The notes beneath the pieces are model-generated. The model was not told where the DNA came from, did no database searches, and was given only the letters and a program-made list of their open reading frames with translations. 64,000 nt of DNA from a virus, in the IMG/VR virus record IMGVR_UViG_3300045003_000080, positions 1 through 64,000 of that record; one strand, 5' to 3'. The position numbers and the translations under genes were made by a program. This document shows positions 8,661 to 17,902 of the stretch, piece after piece; positions within the stretch are counted from its first letter, which is position 1; every line of letters starts with the position of its first letter.

Positions 8661-9952
8661 CTGCTGTTGCGATGTCTGGTCCGCTCACCCGGGCCGACCG
8701 GTACGAGCGGCCCGCGACCGACCCGAACAAGGCTGACCGTGCGCTTGTCGGCGCGTGGATGGCGCTTGCGGCTGTTATCGGCGTGATGGCGACGCTGATC
8801 GCCCTGGGCGGCATGGTGCTGTCGTTTCGCGCCGTGTCGGTGGAGATGGTTCCGGCGTTCGGCGCCCGGTTCGCCTGGTTGGTGCCCGTCGTGGTTGACC
8901 TCGCCGTGTTCGTGTTCTCCGGCGTGGATCTCGTGTTGGCGCGCATGGACATGGGGCACCCGCTCGCCCGGTGGACGGTGTACGGGGCGACCGGGGGCAC
9001 GGTGTATCTGAACTGGAACGCTGGCGGGAACATCGCCGGCCGCGTCGCGCACGTCCTCATGCCCTCGATCTGGGTTGTGTTCGTGGAGCTGATGCGGCAT
9101 ATCGTGCGCCGGCAGGTGGGCCTCACGACCGGGAGTCTGCGCGAGCCGATCCCGGTCGCCCGGTGGCTGCTGTCTCCGGTGCCGACGTTCCTACTGTTCC
9201 GGCGCATGGTCCTGTGGCGGGTGAACGACTACACGCGCGCCCTGGAGATGGAGCGGCGCCGGCTCGGGGCGGTGTCGGTGCTGCGCGAACACGGGGGGCG
9301 CCGGCGTGTGTCGCTTCTGCTGCGCCGTCAGATCACCTGGGGCGAGGTGGACGCCGAGCAGGTGCGTGCGGCGCTGAACCCGGCGCCGAAGGTCGCCGAC
9401 GTGTCGACGATGGGCGGCGACTCGCAGTCGCGTGGGCTCTCGGAGATCCCGCAAGTGCACGAGACGCACATGCGCACGAGCGAGGCCCAGTACGCCGGCT
9501 TGGCGTGGGTGGCGGCAAACACGGTCATGCTCGACGGCGCGTCGCGTCTTCGCCTGGTCCCGGGCGTGCCGCTCGTGGGGGACGTTCCCGACGGGCGCAC
9601 CCTGCGATCGTTTTTTGATCGCGGCTTGGTGGCGAAGACGCCGAACCGGCCGGTTGGTCTGACGGTCAAGGGTGTGGGGGTGCTCGGGTATCACACGCAC
9701 AACACGGCTGACGTGCCGCATTACCGGGCGGCGTGTGAGTTGGGGCGTGATGTGGTGGTGGAGTTGGTGGCGCCGGATGGGGGGTTGCGTTCGGGGCCGG
9801 TGGTGGGTGTGAACCGGGTGGATGTGAGCGGCACCACGCTGCATATCGACGTGGTGGGCGGGGGTGTGGAGGTGCTGACGTTCCCGCATGCGCATTTGTT
9901 GCGTGTGGTGGGGGTTGTGGTGGATGGTTCGCCGGTTCGTTGGGTGAGCTAG
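8657..9952 (+). CDS. DUF2637-like membrane protein with C-terminal fused domain
   Basis: LSFRAV...AWLVPVVVD...TVYLNW...AHVLMP and IPVARWLLSPVPTFLLFRRMVLW pattern of DUF2637/Spd-type proteins. Confidence 0.75.
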   Translation: MTAVAMSGPLTRADRYERPATDPNKADRALVGAWMALAAVIGVMATLIALGGMVLSFRAVSVEMVPAFGARFAWLVPVVVDLAVFVFSGVDLVLARMDMGHPLARWTVYGATGGTVYLNWNAGGNIAGRVAHVLMPSIWVVFVELMRHIVRRQVGLTTGSLREPIPVARWLLSPVPTFLLFRRMVLWRVNDYTRALEMERRRLGAVSVLREHGGRRRVSLLLRRQITWGEVDAEQVRAALNPAPKVADVSTMGGDSQSRGLSEIPQVHETHMRTSEAQYAGLAWVAANTVMLDGASRLRLVPGVPLVGDVPDGRTLRSFFDRGLVAKTPNRPVGLTVKGVGVLGYHTHNTADVPHYRAACELGRDVVVELVAPDGGLRSGPVVGVNRVDVSGTTLHIDVVGGGVEVLTFPHAHLLRVVGVVVDGSPVRWVS

Positions 9953-9959
9953 CCCCTTT

Positions 9960-10004
9960 TTTTCATCACGCACACTTGACGATGTTAGAGGGTGCGAGTA
10001 GTTT
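9960..10004 (+). promoter_or_regulatory. conserved early promoter/operator, copy 4
   Basis: TTTTCATCACGCACAC-TTGACG-17 nt-TAGTTT. Confidence 0.75.
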
Positions 10005-10050
10005 TTGCAGTGCACCACCAAGCCAACCAAAACGCGAGGAGCACACCACC

Positions 10051-10194
10051 ATGAGCCAGAAGACCAGCCACCGACGCACCGCCACACGCAACGCCGCCAC
10101 CCTCGTGCGCGTCCTCCACAAGGACGCCCCCGTCATCCTCAACGACGCCGACACCCTCGCCGACCTCACCCGGCGCGCCCACCCCAGCCGCTAG
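10051..10194 (+). CDS. small hypothetical protein
   Basis: ATG after GAGGAG. Confidence 0.55.
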   Translation: MSQKTSHRRTATRNAATLVRVLHKDAPVILNDADTLADLTRRAHPSR

Positions 10195-10206
10195 GAGCCC
10201 GACGAC

Positions 10207-10713
10207 ATGACCCAGCCCCTCACCCCGCCCGAGGTCGCCGACCGGCTCACGTTCATCGGCCTGCACGCCTCCCGGTTCAACGACTCGGAATACGGACAAG
10301 CCCGCGACGGCCTGTGCATCAGCCAGACGGAGTACGGCATGCCCTGGGCGGCCTACTGCAACGAGGTGCCCGACTACCGGTCACTACACTGCATGGAACA
10401 CGGGCGCGAGATCCGGCAGCGCGAGGGCCGCAACGCGTTCGGCCTGGACATCTACCCACTGTATCCGGGTGCCGTCGCAATCGAGAGCGTTGCCGAGCTG
10501 CGCGCTGTTGCAGATGCGATCGGCCTCAAGGACCACGAGCCCGACGAGCAGGACAACTCGGCGACCGTGACCGGTATCAAGCTCGACAACGCCACCGGCG
10601 TGACCGGCCCCGACTACGTCGTGTACCTGCGCCATGACGGCCCCGACGACGCACCCCAAATGTGGGCCGTGAACCTCTCCGACCTCATCAGCTGGGCCCG
10701 GCACGGCGCCTGA
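10207..10713 (+). CDS. hypothetical protein
   Basis: AGGAG RBS. Confidence 0.75.
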   Translation: MTQPLTPPEVADRLTFIGLHASRFNDSEYGQARDGLCISQTEYGMPWAAYCNEVPDYRSLHCMEHGREIRQREGRNAFGLDIYPLYPGAVAIESVAELRAVADAIGLKDHEPDEQDNSATVTGIKLDNATGVTGPDYVVYLRHDGPDDAPQMWAVNLSDLISWARHGA

Positions 10714-10799
10714 CGCCCTGAGTACGTCCCGACGGGGGCCGCACCCCCCGTCGGGGCCACCCGGGAATCAGACCACCAACCAGGAAGCGAGTCAAGACG

Positions 10800-11234
10800 A
10801 TGGCACCCGAACGGCCCCGCATCTACCCGCACCAGACGGCGCACCAGGCGCCCGCGAACGAGCTGCGCCTAGAGTTCACGTCGCCTTTCGGTGGCGGCCA
10901 TCTCACCCTGGCCAACACTGATGACGGCCGGTTGTTGTTCGACGTGACCCGGCAGGACTCAACCGTGATTGTTCGGGTCGCTGGTCAGGGGTTCGACCCG
11001 CGCCCGGTGATCGCGTTCATGAACGCGCACCCCTCCCGGTTCAGCGACCACGAGTTCCGGCACGCTGCCTCCGGCAAGTGTCTGTGGCTGCACGAGTACG
11101 GCGCCGGCAACTCCGAACTTTGCGTGTACGGCGCCGTACAGGGGTCGCTGTACTGCGCGCACCACCGTGACGCCTTGACCGACTCGAACCCCAACACGTT
11201 CGGCGTGAAGATCCCCACCGACAACGAGAACTGA
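10800..11234 (+). CDS. hypothetical protein with Cys/His-rich C-terminus
   Basis: C...C...YCAHH motif. Confidence 0.7.
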   Translation: MAPERPRIYPHQTAHQAPANELRLEFTSPFGGGHLTLANTDDGRLLFDVTRQDSTVIVRVAGQGFDPRPVIAFMNAHPSRFSDHEFRHAASGKCLWLHEYGAGNSELCVYGAVQGSLYCAHHRDALTDSNPNTFGVKIPTDNEN

Positions 11235-11244
11235 GGAAACGATC

Positions 11245-11523
11245 ATGATGCACCCTGCGCCTGGCGCGTCGTGGCGCGAACGCGCTGAGAGCGCCAACCG
11301 TGCCGCCCGGTTCCTGCCACAAGTGGACGACGACACGTTGCCCATGATCGAGGTCGCTGGCGTGCAGGTATACGCGTACCTCGACCCGGATGACCTGGGC
11401 GTGGTCCGTGTCTCGGTCAACCTTGACACTCCGGACGCTGATCTTTTCGGCTCGGGGAACGTGCCTCTCCGGGTGGATGTTCAGGACGCGACCGTGTACG
11501 ACAGCGATCCGATCCGGCCCTGA
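11245..11523 (+). CDS. hypothetical protein
   Basis: GAGG RBS. Confidence 0.7.
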   Translation: MMHPAPGASWRERAESANRAARFLPQVDDDTLPMIEVAGVQVYAYLDPDDLGVVRVSVNLDTPDADLFGSGNVPLRVDVQDATVYDSDPIRP

Positions 11524-11629
11524 CCCCCAGAACGTGGCCGGCGTGCCCCCCGCGTCGGTCAGCGTTCGGGTTTTAGTCCGTGTCACACCCCCCAGCTTTA
11601 ATATGGTATCCGTGCTAGGAGGCACCCCC

Positions 11630-12028
11630 ATGACCATCCCACCGGGCTACGAGGTCCAGCCCTTCTGCTCCGTCGCGTACCTGCCCGGCGAATTCGAATG
11701 GTACGACCAGGACGCCGCACTCCAAATCATCAAGGGCCTGCCCCAGCTCGCGGAGGGGTGGGAGCGGGGCAACTCGCCCACCCCGTACACGGCTCTGTTC
11801 CGGACGCGAGGCGCGTGGCTGTTCGTCGGCGTCCAGAGCATCAGCGACGGTTACGCCTTCGACGCACACGCACAGCTCTACTACGGCGAAAACCCGGGCG
11901 TGAGCACGAACCACCTCATCCACGACGTCCGCACCCCCGAACGGCGTACCGAAGCCATCGCCGAAGCCGCTACCCACCTCACAGCCTGGCTCGACCAGCA
12001 GCTACCCGCGTTCCTGGGCGGCAAGTGA
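11630..12028 (+). CDS. hypothetical protein
   Basis: AGGAGG RBS. Confidence 0.7.
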   Translation: MTIPPGYEVQPFCSVAYLPGEFEWYDQDAALQIIKGLPQLAEGWERGNSPTPYTALFRTRGAWLFVGVQSISDGYAFDAHAQLYYGENPGVSTNHLIHDVRTPERRTEAIAEAATHLTAWLDQQLPAFLGGK

Positions 12029-12381
12029 TGGCAGCGACCGAGACCAGGCGCCGCGTCACCGAGCTGACCCCACCTGAACTGTGCGAGCGGGCCGGCAAGC
12101 AAACCCGTGCGTGGCATGACGACGTTCCCGCCACCGCGTACGGGCGCGCCGACGTCAGTAACGCAGCGCTGCGCGTCACGGGCGCACTCGACGACCTGAC
12201 CTACTGGTCCACCGTCTACACCGCACTCGGCGACAGTATCAAGTTCTACAAGATGTATAATCTGCGCCCGACGGTCACAGACGACGACGTCGCCAGGACC
12301 CAGCGCAAGGCACTCAGCGCCTACAACGTGTGGCAGACCCGCATGCGCGACCTACGCCGCGCCACCGAAAGGGCGCGCTGA
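12028..12381 (+). CDS. hypothetical protein
   Basis: TGATG coupling. Confidence 0.65.
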   Translation: MAATETRRRVTELTPPELCERAGKQTRAWHDDVPATAYGRADVSNAALRVTGALDDLTYWSTVYTALGDSIKFYKMYNLRPTVTDDDVARTQRKALSAYNVWQTRMRDLRRATERAR

Positions 12382-12878
12382 TGACCCTCACCACTGCCCA
12401 GCTCGCCGACCTTCGTGGCATCGTCGCGAAGCGCATCGGCGCGCCGGAGATCACCGAAGATCGGATGATCTGCCCGGCATGCGGGGGCGACGACTACGGG
12501 CCCAACATGCAACCCGGCGAAATGGACGTGTGGACCGTCGACAACCGGTTGCCGCTCTGGCTGCGCGGTGTGTGCGTCGATTGCGGGCACGTCCAGGAAC
12601 CAACCAGTTTCCACGTGATCGAAGCGGCCCCCGAGCATGTGCGTGAACTGTGGCTCGCCCCGGACGACTGGGTGCTGTGGCTGAATGCCCCGTTTCACGA
12701 GCTGCCCCGCCTAGAGCTTGCCTCGCGCCATGACGCGCTCAGGCCGTTCATCATCGCCGAACGACACCACCTGTTCGAAGTAATGCGCATCCACCCGGCG
12801 CTTGCGCTGGACAGCGACATGACGCGGCTACTCGACGGCTGGCAAGAAGACATCGCCGAACACTTCCCCCTCTTCTAG
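12381..12878 (+). CDS. Zn-ribbon protein
   Basis: CPAC...CVDC; TGATG coupling. Confidence 0.7.
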   Translation: MTLTTAQLADLRGIVAKRIGAPEITEDRMICPACGGDDYGPNMQPGEMDVWTVDNRLPLWLRGVCVDCGHVQEPTSFHVIEAAPEHVRELWLAPDDWVLWLNAPFHELPRLELASRHDALRPFIIAERHHLFEVMRIHPALALDSDMTRLLDGWQEDIAEHFPLF

Positions 12879-12886
12879 GAGCCCCC

Positions 12887-13180
12887 GTGACCGACACCGA
12901 CAATCTTCCCCTGATCGAGGCGTCTGACCTGCGTAAGTTGCTCGACGCGACGTGCGAAGACCCGGTTCTGTACCTCAAAGAGAGCGCCGACGGGGGCGAC
13001 CTGGGCGTGTGGGCGGAAGCCTACGTTCCGCATCCGTCGATCATCGTGCGTCAGTCCGAACTGTTGGACATGCTCACCGGCTGCGCCCCGGAACCGATCA
13101 CCACCGATGACCTGAAGTGGGCGGCCGAACAGCTACAGGACAACGTCGAACAAGCCGAACCCTGCCCCGACAACGACTAG
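12887..13180 (+). CDS. hypothetical protein
   Basis: AGGAG RBS, GTG start. Confidence 0.7.
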   Translation: MTDTDNLPLIEASDLRKLLDATCEDPVLYLKESADGGDLGVWAEAYVPHPSIIVRQSELLDMLTGCAPEPITTDDLKWAAEQLQDNVEQAEPCPDND

Positions 13181-13191
13181 GAGACGCCACC

Positions 13192-13437
13192 ATGAGCCGC
13201 AAAGAAGACGACCGCCGCGACCCTGAGCTGAAAGAGATCGTCGCGGAGTATGAGCGCCTGTCCGGCGACACCGGGTTTCACCTCTACACCTCGTATCCGG
13301 TGGAGACCGGTTCCGGCCGCTACCAGTTCCAAGGGAACGAGCGCGTAGAAATCGGCGTCGCCGAAGCGATCATCTACGCGCAACAGGCCCTCGCGCACGC
13401 CAAGGCACACGGCACCCCCTACCGGCCCTTCGGGTGA
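13192..13437 (+). CDS. hypothetical protein
   Basis: AGGAG RBS. Confidence 0.65.
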   Translation: MSRKEDDRRDPELKEIVAEYERLSGDTGFHLYTSYPVETGSGRYQFQGNERVEIGVAEAIIYAQQALAHAKAHGTPYRPFG

Positions 13438-13497
13438 TCGCCGCCCCCTGTGATGCATAAGACGCCTTATCCACGACAAGCCGAAAGGGGAACCAAC

Positions 13498-14067
13498 ATG
13501 AACGAGGCAGCGCAGGACAAACGCGCCGTTATCTACGCGCGTGCGGCCAGCACGCTAGCCCTCAGTGAGCAGATGGCTGCGTGTCGGTTGTTCATCCTGG
13601 AGCAGGGTTGGACACCCGTCGGGTTCTGGAGTGACGCGGCGATGCCGAAAGACACTCTCCCGGACGGCCTCACGCAGGCGTGCAACTGGGTCCGCGACAA
13701 CGGCGTCCCGCATTTCGTCGTCCCCCACCTCGATCGGCTCGGACGCAAACCGGACCAGTACCGGCGTTCCCGCGACGCGATCGAGGCCACCGGCGCGAAG
13801 ATCCATTACGCGAGACTCACCGTGACCCTGTCGGAGGAAATGCCCGGCGACGTGTTCGCCGTGCGCGTCCGTGACGAGATCATCGCGACCCTGGTCCCCA
13901 GCGACGAAGGCGTCATGGACTGGTACCCGAAGGGCTCCGACACCGCGCAGGCCGTCACCTTCGGTGAACTACAAGACCGGCTCTACGAGTTTGGGGGCGA
14001 CGTGTTCTACATGGACCTCGCCGGCAACCCGAAGCCGGTCGTGCCCCGCCCCAAGGCCGACGCGTGA
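13498..14067 (+). CDS. serine resolvase-like catalytic domain protein (possibly inactive)
   Basis: RAVIYARAAS...EQMAACR...FWSD...HLDRLGR; the canonical YARVS is altered. Confidence 0.75.
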   Translation: MNEAAQDKRAVIYARAASTLALSEQMAACRLFILEQGWTPVGFWSDAAMPKDTLPDGLTQACNWVRDNGVPHFVVPHLDRLGRKPDQYRRSRDAIEATGAKIHYARLTVTLSEEMPGDVFAVRVRDEIIATLVPSDEGVMDWYPKGSDTAQAVTFGELQDRLYEFGGDVFYMDLAGNPKPVVPRPKADA

Positions 14068-14483
14068 CCGACGCCACGCAGTGGCCGTCGCTCGCGGAGA
14101 TCGGCCAGGACCCGAACCCGTTTTCGGACATCGTCAAGCAGATGCGCGACGCTGGCACCCGGCTGCGCTACTCGTACGCGCAGGATTCCGAAGGCGACCC
14201 GGACAGGTGCACGTTCGAGGTTTACGAGGTCCCGCACCCCGAACGAACCGTCTACCTCGTCTTGGTCACCTGGGGTCAGTCCAGTGCCACCGTCTACACC
14301 GACCGTGCCGACGCCGAAACCGAGTACCGCACCACCGTCACGACGATGCTCGCCGACTCCGACCCGGGCGGAGATGTCTACGTAGACGCAGCCGAGTGGG
14401 GACTTCCCCACGCCGAACTAGACCAGATCACCGACAGCGTGGACTACCTCAACAACCCGGAGAGAGACGATGCCGACGCCTGA
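14064..14483 (+). CDS. hypothetical protein
   Basis: GTGA coupling. Confidence 0.7.
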   Translation: MTDATQWPSLAEIGQDPNPFSDIVKQMRDAGTRLRYSYAQDSEGDPDRCTFEVYEVPHPERTVYLVLVTWGQSSATVYTDRADAETEYRTTVTTMLADSDPGGDVYVDAAEWGLPHAELDQITDSVDYLNNPERDDADA

Positions 14484-14601
14484 TCCGAACGGCACCGCGC
14501 CGCCAGCCGACGACGCGGCGAAACGCCGCCAGGGAAACGAAAACATCGTTAACGACGTCACGAAAAACCCGCACGGGTCCGACGAGCCGAAAGGGCGATG
14601 A

Positions 14602-15024
14602 ATGACCAAGATCACGACGAGTGGTCAGCTTCGCGCGCTGCCGGAGTACACGCCTCTCCAGGACCAGGCCGGCCGCGAATGGGTGAAGGCGGGTGGGAGG
14701 CTGTACCAGCTCGGGCCGGGGCCGTCCATCGACATACCGAACAGCGACACCCTGATCGGCGACCAGTACGCGCCCCTCACCGTGATCACGGACGCGCCCC
14801 GACCCCAGTCGGCGCGGCTTCGTGTTGAGCTGGCGGAGCTGCCGTCTCTCGTGGGCGCGCTGGTCGCCGACCGCACCGGACACGTGTGCACCGTCCACCC
14901 GGACGGCCTCATCACATGGGACGGGCTGCGCGTCCCCTACGCGACCAGCGTCATCGAGGGGCTGGCGCCGTTCTACCTCATCACCCAACCGGGTGAGCAA
15001 TCGAAGGGGGAAACCACCGAATGA
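14602..15024 (+). CDS. protein with two LxxLPxxxxxxDxxGxxW-type repeats
   Basis: LRALPEYTPLQDQAGREW and LPSLVGALVADRTGHV. Confidence 0.7.
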   Translation: MTKITTSGQLRALPEYTPLQDQAGREWVKAGGRLYQLGPGPSIDIPNSDTLIGDQYAPLTVITDAPRPQSARLRVELAELPSLVGALVADRTGHVCTVHPDGLITWDGLRVPYATSVIEGLAPFYLITQPGEQSKGETTE

Positions 15025-16172
15025 CCAACAAGAGCGGCCCGATCGAGGGCGACTGGCACACGTCGCACGAAAGGCTCGCCGCATCGATCGAGGGCGCCTA
15101 CCGGGAGCGGCGCGCAGCCGAAACCCGACAAGAAGGGGGAACCATGTACCCGATGCGCCGCTTCCGCATCGAACTCGCGACCGAAGACAGGGACGTCACC
15201 GCGACGTCTTACCAGCTCGCGAACGGGATGTATCACTTCTACGGGCCGCCCCTCCCCGGCCTCGTCACAAGCACGCCCCGCCACAGTGTCCGGGCCGAAA
15301 ACGTGCTCGCCGTGTACGAGATCGACGACGCGCCGGCCACGCCGACACTCATCATGTCGGAGACCGACCTGCGCGCGCTGCCCATGGGGCTGATCGTGTC
15401 CGACGCGCGCGGACTGCGCGCCGAAACGTACATGACCCCGTACGGCGCCGACGCCCAGTTCTACATCAACGGCGCCCCGATCGACGCCCTGTATCCGCTC
15501 ACCGTGAACGCCGTCGACAACGCCGTCCGGCTGTGGTCGATGCCGGATGACGTCCGGTTCACAGACGCGGCCGGCCGCACGTGGGTCACGTGCTACGTGA
15601 ACGGCGTCTCGGCTGCCGTGATGCTGCCGGGCGGCAAGGATCAGGGGGTGTGGGTGGTCACGGAAGACAGCAACATGAACCTTCCGTTCCCGTTCACGTT
15701 CGCCGGCTACCCGATCACCGACGACGACACGGTGACCACCCGCCACATGGTGGCCCACTCGTTCGACACACTGTGGGGGCTCCCCGTCGGGCTGAGCCTG
15801 ACCGACCAGGGCGGCCACACCTGGCGCACCGTCGAGCACATGGGCGCCACCGGGATTCAGTACGTGGAGGACGGGCAGGTCGGCGAAGTCGTGTACGCGG
15901 GCAACTACCATGCGGCGTTGCCGGTGGACACGTCGGAGCTGTTCCCGTTCACGGTGGACACGTTCGACGGGCCCGGTGATCTGCTCCGGCTCGGCGCGGA
16001 CGTGAACCTGCGCGACGGCGACGGCGCCATGTGGAAGACGTACACGGGAGAGAAGGCGGGCGTGGGGCTGATGCCGGTTGCGCCTGGTTCGGATGAGTGG
16101 CACTGGCTGAACCCGGCTGATCCGGCGGTTCTGGATGGTGGGTTGGTGTACCCGTTCACCTACGTACCGTAG
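15021..16172 (+). CDS. protein with four LxxLPxGxxxxDxxGxxW-type repeats
   Basis: Repeats visible in translation; alternative start at 15145. Confidence 0.75.
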   Translation: MTNKSGPIEGDWHTSHERLAASIEGAYRERRAAETRQEGGTMYPMRRFRIELATEDRDVTATSYQLANGMYHFYGPPLPGLVTSTPRHSVRAENVLAVYEIDDAPATPTLIMSETDLRALPMGLIVSDARGLRAETYMTPYGADAQFYINGAPIDALYPLTVNAVDNAVRLWSMPDDVRFTDAAGRTWVTCYVNGVSAAVMLPGGKDQGVWVVTEDSNMNLPFPFTFAGYPITDDDTVTTRHMVAHSFDTLWGLPVGLSLTDQGGHTWRTVEHMGATGIQYVEDGQVGEVVYAGNYHAALPVDTSELFPFTVDTFDGPGDLLRLGADVNLRDGDGAMWKTYTGEKAGVGLMPVAPGSDEWHWLNPADPAVLDGGLVYPFTYVP

Positions 16173-16209
16173 TACTGTACGACTGTCGCGCGGCTTGCGG
16201 CACAGAACG

Positions 16210-16245
16210 AAGCACCCCCCGGCATACGCGTCGGGGGGTGCTTTC
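16210..16245 (+). terminator. intrinsic terminator
   Basis: AAGCACCCCCC/GGGGGGTGCTT stem followed by TC. Confidence 0.7.
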
Positions 16246-16250
16246 GTGTG

Positions 16251-17190
16251 CGGCCCGGGGCGTTGGCGCTATGGGGTGCGAGGCCAGGTGGGGCTCCGGG
16301 CCAGCGTAGGGGGGCCCTGTGCGTTGCACTCATGGGAGGCGAAAGACATTTGGCACGGGGCCCGGCTTTTGGGGTTCCGGGCTGGCGTGATATGGGCGTC
16401 GCCGTTTCGTCGAGCCCGGAACCAGTCGGATAATAGCAGAAAGCCCCGTGCGCGGGTCCTTCGGGGAGCGGGACGATAGGGGGCACAGGGCTGACTCTGG
16501 TAGCCCCGGGCGCCTCTACTATGGGCGGCAGTCGAAATCTGACCCGGGGACTAGTCGGATGATAGCAGGAGGCCCCGAGCGGCACTACTCCGGGTGAACG
16601 TCCCTGGAATGGCTCGGGGCCCGCCTGCGCACCCCGTGCGGTTCCCATGAGGGCGGCGACGATGCATCGGCGCGGGGCAGTCAGGGTGTCCCGGGCGATC
16701 TGGCATTGGGCGGCGAAACATACCCGACCCGGGACGAGCATACAATAGCAGACGGCCCCGTGTGCGACCTCAACAGGGTGACGTGAGGGGTTCGACACGG
16801 GGCCGGCGTGCCTCAGGCGTTCAACACAGGGGCGCCGGAAGTGATTCGACCTGGGGCAAGTCTCGCGGCCCCGGGCGCATCCGCTATGGGTAGCGATATG
16901 TTCGAGGCCCGGGACCGATCCGATAATAACAGCCCTGTGCGGGACTCAATCGGGTGAACGGGCACTCATTGGCACAGGGCCAGCTCTGGGGTCCCGGGCG
17001 AAGAACTGACGGGTAGGCGTCTGAGACTAGGCCCGGGACTGTCAGATAATAGCAGAGGGCTCGGCGCGCAATCTGACAGGGCGACGGATGCTCTACGACG
17101 CCGAGCCCAGCTCTCGGGGTCCCGGGCGAAAGAACTACGGTGAGCGCTGGAACAGGGGACCAGGACCAGCGCATACGATACCATACGGCG
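16251..17190. repeat. array of 5 clear plus 2 degenerate structured repeat units (~125-185 nt period)
   Basis: Each unit has a CCCGG-centred inverted repeat, a GATAATAGCAG-like linker and a second GC-rich hairpin. Confidence 0.75.
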
Positions 17191-17244
17191 CCAATCGCAG
17201 GGGGATACGGGCCCCATACGGCGCCAATCGCAGGGGGATACGGG
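17181..17244. repeat. 31-bp direct repeat x2
   Basis: CCATACGGCGCCAATCGCAGGGGGATACGGG at 17181 and 17214. Confidence 0.9.
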
Positions 17245-17900
17245 CGCAATTACAAAAACGAAACCACCCCTAGCGCTAGCGCTAACGCTCGCTATTAGAC
17301 GACTCGGTGAATCGGTGAAAAGACACCACCACGCCCGGTGAAAAGCTCGCGCCCCCACGCCGTCACCCGAACGGGGGAAGCCCCGGGCCGGCGCGCGAAG
17401 GATGGTCGAAAAACGCAGCGACGTCAGCACACCGGCCCTTGCGGGCACCAGCCTGACGGGGAGCACCGCCCACGCGGAGCCACTATGGGCACCACTGAAA
17501 CGCTGGCGTGGACGGTGGCGGCTCCCCCCAGACACACCTACGCTATCACATCATGCTAACGACCAGGGCAGAGCTTGAAGCCGCTAGCGCTCAGCGCTAT
17601 ATCAGCGCTTTCCGGTTTTTCAAACACGGCGCCTCCCGGGCGCGCGCCGGCCACCCCGCCCGCGTCGGCCGGCGCCGGCAGCCCCCGCCTCGCACACGCG
17701 CGAGCGCGCGAGGGTATGTCAACGCCGGCGTATCAAGCTGCGAGTGTCAACGGCTTGACACGGGGCGCTTGGGTCCAACTTCACACGTTGCCAGACGCGG
17801 GGCACCCATGGCAAGGGGCACTTTTTCATCACGCAGACTTGACAATGTTAGGGAACGTGAGACGATCGAGGCTCCGCACAACCCACCGACTAAGGGGCGA
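17238..17900. repeat. non-coding block, degenerate copy of 6026-6700
   Basis: Same ordered anchors as 6026-6700. Confidence 0.75.
17823..17866 (+). promoter_or_regulatory. conserved early promoter/operator, copy 5
   Basis: TTTTCATCACGCAGAC-TTGACA-16 nt-GACGAT. Confidence 0.7.
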
Positions 17901-17902
17901 CC

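Noticed and set aside
16251-17190. CRISPR array
   Set aside because: Repeats are degenerate and structured with an irregular 125-185-nt period; no identical 25-45-nt repeats with unique spacers and no cas genes.
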